A stretch of DNA of 64,000 bases from Candidatus Altimarinota bacterium. GTDB lineage: Bacteria; Patescibacteriota; Gracilibacteria; BD1-5; UBA2023. The position numbers and the translations under genes were made by a program. The stretch is taken from contig JAYVGV010000034.1 of the NCBI GenBank assembly GCA_043771825.1, positions 9,475-73,474 of the forward strand. Reading direction: 5' to 3'. Within the stretch, counting starts at the first letter, position 1. The number at the start of each line of letters is the position of its first letter. Below the pieces are notes generated by a model. The model was not told the origin of the DNA. It saw nothing but the letters and a program-made list of their open reading frames with translations, and made no database searches. Of the stretch, positions 22,748 through 34,062 are shown in pieces.

Positions 22748-25588
22748 ATGACGCCTCCACTTACTCCTCGTGAGACTTCTCCAGAATCTGAGAATAAACC
22801 AAAAACTTTTGGAAGTTTTTATACGCAAATCACCGAGTGATGAATCCTATCACCCGAAGAAGAAGATATTCTTCGAAAAAAAGTACTGGAAAAATATGGT
22901 GGTATATCTGGTATGCTTAAAAAAAGGAAAGAATTTATCACTGAGGCTACCCGTCGTGAGCTCGATGAGCTATTTACTGATAGCCCGAACAAAGATCAGA
23001 TTCTTGCCAAGCTTGATCCATTCCTTCCTGGAGCAAAAACTTTGGATGCTGCCAAGACTGTAGCAGTCAAACTCCCTGAAGAGGTCAAAGCTTGAGTCAC
23101 CCAAGCTCAGGAAGCGCTCTGAAGTCTCCCCGATACTGCACAGAAAGCTGCCCAAGCGGCTCTTGCTTCATGAGGGCAAGCCGCATGAGCAGTCGCTCAG
23201 GCGTTAGAAACAGGAAATATCGTACAAGCTGGAGTAGAACTCTCGAAAGCAGCAGATAGCTGGAGTGGGAAAATCACGAAAGTTATGGATGCAGTATGAG
23301 CAATTCTTGCATGGATTTTTAGTATTGGTTCAGGAAATTCGAGTAAAAAGTGGGCTGAATTGCTAGGAAAAATAGGCATGGGTACTGTAGCATGAGTGGC
23401 AGCTACAGGAAAAGAAAAAGCTGGTGGGATTCTCGATGCTGGGAAGACAAAGCTCGAGGAAGGAAGGAAGCTCTTGAGCGACGTAGAGAAGTGAGAACTC
23501 ATAGGAGAAAAATATTGGGCGGAGTTCACGAATGCTGGATGGATCAAGGATCCTGTAAGACAAAAGAAACAGTTTAAAGAAGTTTTTGACCAATATGCGT
23601 GAGATCTCGTCGATATCACGAAGGAGATGGGAGCGAATATATCAGATCCCAACAAAAAATGGAACGCCTTCGATAGTCTCTGGAAGGTAGCCGCTACACC
23701 TTCTAAGTTCATCCTTGCACTTATAGCGAAAGATATCATCCCGAAGCAAGCTATAGCTACGACCATATATGATACTGGTCGAGCATCTCTACGAGTATAC
23801 CTTCTCTCACCACATACACTTATCAGCAATGGTCCTTCCCAATTTCTCCACGACTTTGGGATCATATGACCATCGGATATATCATGACTCAAAGATGCTG
23901 AGAAACAGGCACTTATCGGCGTGATGAGTCATACTATGGCAGTACCACTGTATCTTTCAGGAAAGCTCACATCATCATTGAGTCGCATAGCTCTTCTTGG
24001 CTCTTACTGGGATCAGGGAACGGGAAAGGCGAAGATATTCGCCAGTGTCGATAGTATGATGGGGGATTTCGTGAAAGCGGCAAATCAAGTAGATGGTCCC
24101 GGGGGTATACTCGATATGCTCGGGAATAATGAGACGACCCAAAGCCTCAAAGACTACACCAAAGATATGCGAAATATAGCAGAAGAGATGAAGATGCGAG
24201 CGCTGGTCACAGAGACATTTCGATCTATGCAAAAAACGGGGAGTACCCCTGCCCAGATAGCCGATGAGATCGAAAAACTCTCTCTCGGGAAGAAAATAGT
24301 AGGGCTCGATCTCACAAAAATGAGAACAACCGTCGATCTCACCGAAGCAAGATCAGCAGTATCTGAGTATATTACCAGAGGGAAAAGTGGCCTCACCTGG
24401 CTCGATGAGACAAAAGGATTTTTCCGAAACTCTGTAGCACCACTGAGTGCACACAAGGACAATCTTGCTCTTTTTAAGAATCATGCTGAGGAAGCCCTCT
24501 GAAACTACGGAAGAGCACTCGATGGTGTGTTGAAAGCAGATGCGAAGGTACCCATACTCTCAGAACTCGTAGCAACGTGGAAGAAGCTCAAGCTCGGATG
24601 AGCCACATCTGAGCTGATCGACTGACTCGAACGGTGACACCTTCCCGTGAAGGTCGCCAATGTCACCGATGCAAAGTGAGTCATGGAACAACTGATCAAA
24701 ACCATACCAAAAGGATTTGAGCACCTTTTTGCTGGAGTGACGATATTCCTCACGATACAGCATGTAGCAGAAGCAAAGCCTGAAGATAAACTCAAGACAG
24801 CGATATATGACATCATGGCTATTAACCCTCTTTTTGGATGAATGATGCTTATGTATGAGGGGGCTACGATGGAAGGGGGAACGCCGACGAAGATGGCCTA
24901 CTTCGCCGGTGGTGGAGTCGTGACAGCTCTCGGAACGAAACAAGCACTTTCTATGATTGCTCAACATGGACTTGGATGATGACTCTGAAGACTTGCGATC
25001 TCTCCCATCACTATGACCTATGAAGCAGGTACGGCTGCTATACGATGAACACAGTACGCATATAGCCTCGCAAGATTCGGTACGCATAGCGGTGGTATGG
25101 CACCATTTTTGCGAGCGAGAGCACCAGGGGCACTCATGGTGGGAGGTGTGATCACCTACCTCGTGATGCATGAGATATTCCGAAAGGAGACAGAGGAGCT
25201 CATGCGAAGTGCATGATTCTTCAAAAAAGATGGTACGATAGATGATGCTAATATCAAGACCGCTTGGAGCAAGGTTCCATCTGATAAAAAACCCAAAATT
25301 CTCCAAGAACTCCTTACCTGAGTATTCGATAAAAAACACGGTGTCATGACGACTCTCAAAGAAGATAATAGTGTCGTCGTCCATAGTGGTTCAGGCTCTG
25401 ACTCTGTAAGTATCACGGCCGATGTATTTGATGCGATACATGGGATGTTCGGTGATCTCGGAATCTCGAATCCGAAGATATTCATGAGCGAGCATACTAC
25501 AGCGGATATGAAGAAAGCGATCGATGCACTCCCCGTAGATCTCCAAAGAAAACAAGAATTCATGAAACGATTCGGTATTATGACATAG
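22748..25588 (+). CDS. giant membrane protein 2 (946 aa), no recognised family
   Basis: Single frame joining track ORFs 22913-23095, 23921-24502 and 25346-25588, checked line by line for TAA/TAG. Ala/Gln-rich amphipathic stretch and several hydrophobic helices. Confidence 0.72.
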
Positions 25589-25591
25589 AAA

Positions 25592-25631
25592 ATCACGTAT
25601 AATCCAGCATTACTGCTGGATTATACGTGAT
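25592..25631 (+). terminator. perfect 18-bp hairpin after ORF2 (terminator or processing site)
   Basis: atcacgtataatccagca-ttac-tgctggattatacgtgat, 3 nt after the TAG stop. No clear U-tract follows. Confidence 0.5.
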
Positions 25632-25708
25632 CTGTATTAAATACATAAAGTGCAATTTCCATAAATCTCGATTTCCCATGCATTTTTTATATAAAGCAAT
25701 CTCTATTT

Positions 25709-25737
25709 TTGACAAACCCTCCCTATAGTGCTAAAAT
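25709..25737 (+). promoter_or_regulatory. near-consensus sigma70 promoter of giant ORF3
   Basis: TTGACA, 17-nt spacer, TAAAAT, with an extended -10 TGc. Confidence 0.55.
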
Positions 25738-25764
25738 TTCTGAAGTATTTATAATTTTCTCTTT

Positions 25765-28700
25765 ATGTCTCATTCTTTCTTCAGGAAATTTGGAAAAAAT
25801 CCTACTCTCTTTTTTGCTACTCATAGTGAAACTCCCCCTCCGATATCACCAGAAGAGCAGATGAAGCGAGATGCTATAAAGGCATTTCCTGATCTTGCGA
25901 AGCTCGCTGATAAAGTTTCGCCTACTGAGCTTTATAATCGAGCAAAAGTGATGAGTAAGCTCAAGGATATGGCTGATAACCCAGAGAAAACTTTTGGAAC
26001 AGTAAAGTCCTATACCAATGGAGCAAGGGAGGCGACAAAGAATCTTAAAGCAGTTCTTACGATTCTCGAATCAAATCCAAAGATCCAAGAAATCGCGAAT
26101 ACCACCATAACTGCATGGTTCAAGGGATGGGATGGTCCTGGAGATACGAATGTGGCAGTCGTATCTGGAACAAATATGTCTATACGGAGATTTATTGGCA
26201 ATGTAATCAATGATTCTCAACTCATCGCACAACTTTTCTCTGCTCCAGAGAAAGCACCAGAATCAAAAGAAAGTGAAGAAGTACGCCAGAGAACCAGATT
26301 CGGTACTTTTCTCCTTGCCCTTGAGACGCGCTATCCAAGTAGTGACTATAAGGCGATATTTCGACAAGCACATGAGGCACTTTGAAAGTGAGATATCGAT
26401 ACAACGAAAGATCTTGTAAGAAAACCACTCAAAGATGATTGGAATATCGATGTAAACTCTATCATAGACGCTCAGTGACATATCAATGCACTCCGTGCTA
26501 TCGGGGCTACTGATGAAGCAGCACTTTGAACGAAAGAACAAGTGAAAGGGAAATTCGAAAAGTGAGGTCAATTATCATCGAAAGAATCGGCACTTATTGC
26601 TGATATTGGTACAAATATTGAAAGAGAAAAGAGTCGCTTGAAATCCCAAGCTGAGTCAAGATATAATGCAGTATTAGCAGCTCTTCCAGTCCATGATCCT
26701 ATGCATATACAAGTCGAGAGAAATAAAGATACTATGATCGCTCAATTCTCAGAAGATATGGCATATATGAGCATTATGGATGGTTTCGTCAAGAAAAATG
26801 GTTCTGAATGACTCAAACAGCTTGGTGAGGTCTATGATGATATGCGAGGACTCTATGGTACACTGAACTTCACTGATGAAAATACTAAAATGACCAAAGA
26901 AATGGCGACTATGCTCGCGTCATTCGTCCTGACTGGTGGTGCATGAACCCTCATACGTGGTCTCGCTGCTGCTGGCCGAGCCGTCGCTGGAGCTGAAGCA
27001 TTGAAAGCAGTCGATGTAGCAAGTAAAATCGGTATAGCACGACAGAATATAGCTCGTGCAGGAAATGCTGGTCGAGCGGCGGTAAGTAGTCTTGGAAATG
27101 GTGTTGTAAAAGTAGCAGAGTGAGTCCAAACTATCGGAAAGATTGCTTCATCGACACGACTCTGAGCTGTCCCAGTAGAAGCATTGAAGTTTACTACGGC
27201 CGATTCGCTTCTTCGCACAGCGTTTCGTGCCGAGGGCGAGAGAAGTGGTTTCGAAGATTATTTTGAAAAATTCGCCAAAAATATTGCGATGTTCACAGCA
27301 TTTGCTGGTATGGAAAAATTCGTCAGCTGACCGATGAAAGAAAAACTTCTCTGAGCCCTTGCACAAAAGGGAGTCCAGCTTAATCCAGCTTCTACTTTTG
27401 CTGTCGGAACTACCGTACTAACCGGAGGTGATGTCGCGGCGATGTGGGGGCTCGGTATGGCAGAAAAAGGTGAGTTCCATATGCTAGAATGGAAAGAGGT
27501 ATTTCAGGCACTGGCATTTCGCATCGGGATGAAGTGAGCAGAGAAAGCATTCCCAAAAATCGCAGAAAGTATTCAAGCTCAGATTGATAAAAGGGGATCT
27601 TCCCAGAAGAAATGATCAGCTCCTGAGGGTGCTAAAACCGAGAGATCACCAAAGTTATCAGATGAGGAGCTTCTGGCACAAGGACTCAAAAATGAAATCG
27701 CTGCCGCAAAACGCGGTGATATCCAGATCACACCAGAAGCCCTTGCGCTTAAGGAAGCGCAACTTGCGCAACTTGAAGCAAAACTCTACAGTAGTCACAA
27801 TCAGAAAATAGAAGCATTAAAAATTGGAGAACAAGTCCGATTTGAAACAAGAAATAGTCAATATGTTTTTGAAAGGGTAAAAGATGGGTATAAACTTATC
27901 GAAACTTCTAATCCTGAGATGCAAAAATATATTGGAACGACATATACAAATATCGTTGAAGCATGAAATAAACTTTCTTTGATGCAGGGTGAGAAAGTAG
28001 TACTACAGACCTCAAGATTAAAACCTGAACCTACATGAATAGATGCCCAAGGGAAACTCTGACTTACTAAAACACGAGAATTTAATCACGCTAATCTCAA
28101 TGAGCGTGCTGATTTCAGAAAAACTCTTGATAATGCAACACGAGGTGATAGTGTAGAAATCTGAGATTCCGTATATCGAAGAGTAAATAATGGATGGCAA
28201 AAGTTTGATGCAGGAACTCCTCTCGCTCAGCGCGACTATACTCAGTGAACATTCCGTACGACAGAGCAAGTCATGACAGATTGGAATCTTGCGAAGAAAC
28301 CAGCAACCTTTAAGAAGGCTGAGTCTCAAGGAGAAGCGACTAATGAATGAGGTAAAGCAAGACCTACTTCAAAACCTGATCTTCAGGCGAATTTAGAGAA
28401 ATCTATAGCAAAAACTGAGGCAGATCTCGCGAAGATGCGCGCTGACTTAAAAACACTTCAAGATCAACTTATTAATAAAAGTTGGTCAAATCCTACCGCA
28501 AGGATGAATGCTGATGAAGCTATAGTAAAACTGAATGAACAAATAGCAAAAAAACAAGCAGATATAGCAAAAACTGAGAAACACTTGGCTGAGCTGAATG
28601 CTAACAAGAAAAGGGAAGCAGAGACACCCCTTAGAAAAGAGCGTAAAGAGCGTGCTGAAGAGCTTCGATGAAGAAGAGATGAGTTTAAGGTCCTCTCACC

Positions 28701-29580
28701 AGAAGCAAGAGTAGCAGAGCTTGATCGTGTCAAAGCAGAGTGAGTAGAACTTCAATGAAGAAGAGATGACTATGCAAAAAATCTGGAAGCAAATAAAGAA
28801 AAAATGTCTCCTGAAGCGAAGAAGCAACTCGAGAAAGATATCGCAGAACTCGATAAGAAAATCATGGCAAATAAAGCTCAGGAAAATATGATGACCAAAC
28901 TCGAGAAAGATATTAAAAAGGCTGATGATGATCTGCGTGCTACTAGGGTAAGTCCTGACGAAGTGAAGAAGCTTGCAGAGACTCCTGCTTGAAGAAAGAA
29001 GCTTACAGCATGGCTAGAGGATCAAAGAAAACTCGATTGGTCAAACTACATGAGGATACTCATAGCTGTATTAGCAGCACTCCTCCTCGCAACTCTCTTC
29101 AAGCGTTGTGCAGACGGAAGTATGCCATCTGATACAACTCCTCCACAGTCTGATGGGAAAGATCCATGAAGAGAGATAGATGCTGCTTGTGGAATTGATT
29201 CTGGAAAAGAAAGATGAGTGCTCATAGATAAAAGAAAAAGTAATGAATGAGCAGTCCTTACGGAAATTCGCCGTATAGATATCTCTCGAAGATATATGAA
29301 TACACCAAGATGGAATGATATACTTGCAGTATTTAAAGAAAATGAAAGTCTTTTAGAGAATTCAAAATTTGCTGATTCGTTTCGAGCTATATTCAAGAGA
29401 CCTAACCCTACAGATATACAACATATACAGAGATGGATTGGAATGGAATCGGTAGATAAAGAAACAGCACAGGATGGTATACTTGGTCCTAATACTGCAA
29501 AGGCACTTATAGAATTTATGAATATATGTAAGAGGAATCAAAGTGTGCCTAAGCCACCTCCTGCTATTCAGAATACATAA
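25765..29580 (+). CDS. giant coiled-coil/PG-binding envelope protein 3 (1271 aa)
   Basis: Single frame joining track ORFs 25765-26385, 28435-28671, 28804-28992 and 29296-29580, all lines checked. Gly/Ala hydrophobic helices, a long Lys/Glu coiled coil, a TM helix ILIAVLAALLLATLF and a C-terminal DGILGPNTAKALIEFM (PG_binding_1-like). Confidence 0.72.
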
Positions 29581-29597
29581 TACATGTAGCCATTTTC

Positions 29598-30230
29598 TTA
29601 AAACTCTGTCACTTTTACTCTACTCAATATATTCCTCCCCCCGTCGAATATCTGATTCTCCACTATCTCATATCATGCTTCACTGAAGAGACCTTCAAGT
29701 TCGATAAGGGTGAATCCATGATAGTATCTTGTATATTCTCCGATCTTTATACTATAGTCACCACCTCATTGGTGACTATTTTTGTATCTTTCTTGATCTC
29801 TGAGATTCCAGTTCGTCATATAGATACGCCCTCCAGGTGCGAGAAATCTCCGTACTTCATGGAGGACGATGATTCGTTCTTCATACGTTTGGAGATGATG
29901 AAATGAGGCAAGAAAGAGGATAGCATCGAAGGTTGAATTTTTGATTTCTGAAATTCAGAGTCAGGTCATATCGATAACGTCAAAATGAAAATCTGGATGT
30001 AATTTTTTAGCTTCTTCGATCATCCCGAGAGAGCTATCGAGACCGAGATACGATGAAAAAATATATCACTGTTTTTCTACCTCTTCTAGGAATCTTCCAT
30101 TTCCACATCCGATATCAAGTATACTCATATACCCTCGGGTTTTTATATCTGCGAGGATAGAGTCGATCTCTGGCCAGGGATGATCCCTCCGACTTTCAGA
30201 GAATGTACGAGCAAAGTTATCGTAGGACAT
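29598..30230 (-). CDS. class I SAM-dependent methyltransferase (Methyltransf_11-like)
   Basis: ILDIGCGNGRF glycine-rich SAM motif, then ...FDAILFLASFHHL...LAPGGRIY. 210 aa under table 25. Confidence 0.82.
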
Positions 30231-30233
30231 ATG

Positions 30234-30833
30234 CTATTGAAAAATAGAATCCCAACCTTTAAGATACCATCGACGCGCACAGACGATCATCACAAAAATC
30301 ATATTTACGACAAATGCGTATATCCAAAATAGGGATGATTGGATCGTAACATCCGTCTGAGTGAAGAGTATAAGAACCTGAGCGATTCCGACAATAAAAA
30401 ATGTAAAAAGTGTTTCTGCCCAAGGCAGAATCCATCCCTTCTTCAGAGTGGGAAGATATCAGAGAAAATCTACAATAATACTTAAAATCACCGTCAGGAG
30501 AATATCTTTTGTATAGAAATAGAATGGAAAGATGCAGAGCGCACTGACAAGAAATATATAATCATAGATATTTACTTGTATCTTTTTATAGGATTTTATA
30601 CCATAATAGGTAAAAATGATACATGATACCGTGTTTAAAAAAGCGGGAAAAAGTGCAATATACTCAGACTGATCGAGCAATACATAGGTATTGAATCCCG
30701 TTAAAATAAACCAGACAAAATAAGAAAATGGATGCGGAAGAGTCCGTCATGACAATACATCACGAAAATAAGGAAATATCCCTATAAAATAAAAAATAGA
30801 ACTTATGCTCGCAACGAGAATTTCTTTTTCCAT
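30234..30833 (-). CDS. hypothetical polytopic membrane protein (199 aa)
   Basis: Track ORF 30459-30680 extends both ways through TGA. Multiple hydrophobic helices. 3 nt upstream of the methyltransferase. Confidence 0.55.
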
Positions 30834-30836
30834 CGA

Positions 30837-31757
30837 TTATTCTGTAAAAAATGATTCTTCGATCAACATCTCAAAAGGAAGTCTTGGTGCAGGACCAGAG
30901 AAGTAGGTATCGAGATTTTTCGACTGACGGCGAATACGTTCTTCGTATCCGAGTATGAGGAGTGTACTTCCACTTCCTACGCCAAGACCAGTGCAGATAA
31001 CACCCTCTTTATAGGTACGAGTTTCAGAAAGAGGACCAGAGTGTATATCGATAGGATTGTCCATATATTTCCATATATCGACCATTTTCGCGCCTTCATA
31101 ACTCCACAGAAAAATGATGAAATAATCCCCATCTTGAGCGAATCCTTCGTCGGATTGAAGGAGTTCTGCGAGATACGTTTCTATACAGGTAAAATCACGA
31201 TCGATATATGCTTTTCAGGCATCTTTATCAGCATAGACGATAGTATGCTTTCCAGCGAGAGTCATATCTCGACTTGTGTAGTAACTTTTTGGGGCATGGT
31301 ATTCAAAAGCAAAATCAGGGCTCGAAGATTCTCACCAGAGAGTGAGAAAGAGCGAGCGTTGCATCTGAGCAAAAGAGGGATCTTGGATTATCTGGAATTG
31401 GGGGGTATCTCCCAAGCAATAACTTACTACAATATCATCGAATATCAGCACTTCTGTTTCTATATTCATAGTACTTTTTGGAACATATCGAAAGTTCATA
31501 CACTTTTCTACGAAAGGATCATTTTTGGTAAATGGCGAAATGATCGGAATATTCGTGATCTGATAGACGGTAATATTATTTTGAAGCATTTCCGTGCGGA
31601 CGATCTCCGCTCGCACTTCACCGATGAGTGCTGAAAGACTCGAAAGTTCATAAATATAGATCTCCCGAGATCGACATCGAGCACTTTGAAGTGAGATATC
31701 AAAAATATTTTCGGCTATTTCATCGGGAATGGAGCAGGGAAAGGATGATTCGATCAT
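30837..31757 (-). CDS. hypothetical protein (306 aa)
   Basis: Track ORFs 30837-31085 and 31332-31757 are in frame and join through TGA. No family recognised. Confidence 0.55.
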
Positions 31758-31765
31758 GAGAAGTA

Positions 31766-32668
31766 TTATTTCTTGGGGAATATCTTATCGAGGACATTTT
31801 GATCTTTTCTCCAGTTTTTGTGGACTTTCACACGCAAAGCAAGAAATACTTTTTTATCGAAAATTTCCTCGAGGAGTATACGAGACTCAGTACCGATTTT
31901 CTGTATTTTTGCTCCTCATTTTCCGATGACGATCACTTTCTGAGAATCAGATTCGACATTGATATATGCTTGGATCGAGAGCATAGGAAGTGACTTCGGA
32001 GTATCTCATCATTTTTCCTCGATCTGAGTGACTTCGACATACGAAGCATACGGGATCTCATCCCCGAGTTCGAGAAAAAGTCGCTCACGGATGACTTCCC
32101 CGATACGCAGGTCCATCGATTGATCCGTATAAAAATCAGGATCGTAGAGATATGGCCCCTCTGGAAGGTGGGCACTGATACGATCAAATAACTCTTCGAA
32201 TCCGATGCGTGCTACAGAGTCAATCCGGAGATCCACTCATTTTTGCGGATAGCTTTTATTCTCCATATCTTGTTTGGTCTCGATGCGGATCACGGGTTTA
32301 TTGATTTTTTCAAGGAGTGTATCGATACGCTCATCTTCTTCTCCATAGGTTCGAGTGGGATCGAGGAGACGGAGGATGACATCAGCCGAATGAAGAGAGG
32401 CATATGCCTCAGAGTTAATACGTTCATTGATATCATAGACTTTCTGACTTCCATACTGTTCTCATGAATGATTATGGATTCATGGTGTATCGAGAAATAT
32501 CATCTGTATCCCTTTCTCTTCATCGGTGAATATCCCAGGGATACTTCTCTGAGTCGTTTGAGGACGATGAGAGATCGCAGAGACTTTCTCTCCGATGAGA
32601 GCATTCAGAAGAGTAGATTTTCCAGCGTTGGGACGACCCACGATGGCGATATATCAAGTTTTTGGCAT
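31766..32668 (-). CDS. era: GTPase Era
   Basis: [16 protein letters not shown] (G1), DTP[G]IH with TGA at 32480-32482 (G3), and a KH domain [13 protein letters not shown]. 300 aa. Confidence 0.93.
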
Positions 32669-33603
32669 TATGATTGAATTTTAAGAATATAAGGAAATGT
32701 GATTTTTTCTTCTACGACTCGGAGTTCCGTTTCAAATTTTCATCCGAGTGTCTGGAGATGTTCGATGACTCATTGTACCAGCTCTTCGGGACCAGAGGCT
32801 CAAGCAGTGACTCCTACAGATGATATTCAGTTCAGCCACTTTGGATCGATTTCTAGAGCGGTATCGATGAGATAGGCTCATTTTCAGAGATTTTCGGCGA
32901 GATCCCGGAGTTTATTGGAATTCGAACTTGATTTTGATCATACGACCAGGACGAGGTCACATTTTTTTGCGAGAGCTTTTACGGCATTTTGACGGTTGGT
33001 CGTTGCGTAGCAGATATCATCTGTTTTTGGCAGTACGATATCAGGTATGAGTACTTGGATATTTTCTATAAGTTTTTTGGTATCATCGACAGAAAGAGTC
33101 GTCTGAGTGAGGAGTGCGAATTTTCAGTGGGTATGGTTTAGAAGTTCTAGGTCCTCTTCTTTTTCGATGAGAGTGATATGATCAGCTCATTCATCGAGTA
33201 TACCCAGAGCTTCTTGATGTCATTTTTTTCCGATATAGAGGATATGGTATCACTTTCCGATGAAGTCTTTCACTTCACGGTGTACCTTATCGACGAGTGG
33301 ACAGGTCGCATCGATCCATCGTATATTTTTTGATCGAAGCTTTTTGAAATACGTAGGACCCGTTCCATGTGCAGAGATCACGATGAGTCATTCTTTCGGA
33401 ATTTTTTCGATATTTGATTCAAAAATCACTCATTTCCGTTCGAACATTTGAATGACGAAAGTATTATGAATAATCTCGTGATTGACATATATTGTCTCAT
33501 TTGGGTAAGTCATGATGACTTGCATGAGCATACCGACTGCCCGATGGACTCATGCACAGTACCCACGAGGAAATGCTGTATAGATACTCAAGGATCATCA
33601 CAT
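32668..33603 (-). CDS. ispH: 4-hydroxy-3-methylbut-2-enyl diphosphate reductase
   Basis: [34 protein letters not shown] and SSNSNKL motifs. Its stop overlaps the era ATG by 1 nt. 311 aa. Confidence 0.92.
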
Positions 33604-33604
33604 A

Positions 33605-33889
33605 TTATGCAGAAATTATTTGTTCTTTTTTCATCTTATTTTTCCATTCGTTGACCTTTCTTCGGAGCATCTCGCTCGCCTTGATCGGGTTCATATAGAT
33701 TTGTACATCATTATCAAATACCACTGTAGGACCTTCTTTGCAGCGTCCCTGGCAGAGGCAATCTTCGATGATGAGCTCTTCTGGATAGCTATAAAAATCT
33801 CTATCTGCGACGAGACGCTTCTCGACAAAGCTCGAAAATCGCTCAGTACATGAGCGTCATTTGCAGATTTTGACGGTAAGTGGATTCAT
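33605..33889 (-). CDS. thioredoxin-like [2Fe-2S] ferredoxin-domain protein
   Basis: 94 aa. Cys pattern is CK[G]RSC ... CLCQGRCKEGP. Ends 2 nt before the ispH start. Confidence 0.5.
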
Positions 33890-33994
33890 ACGATAGATTA
33901 TAGAGATAGAGGAGGTAAGGGCAAGTTAAATTTGAAGAATCTTATAGCAACCCCCCCCCTTCATATCTGAAAAGGAGGTAACCATACGGAAAAT

Positions 33995-34022
33995 AAAAAA
34001 TCTCCCATTCAAGGGAGATTTT
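33995..34022. terminator. intrinsic terminator downstream of fusA
   Basis: aaaaaa-tctccc-attcaa-gggaga-tttt. Confidence 0.6.
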
Positions 34023-34062
34023 ACTATTCTTAAAGTTTAGCTGTTAACCTTACCCCTTACTT

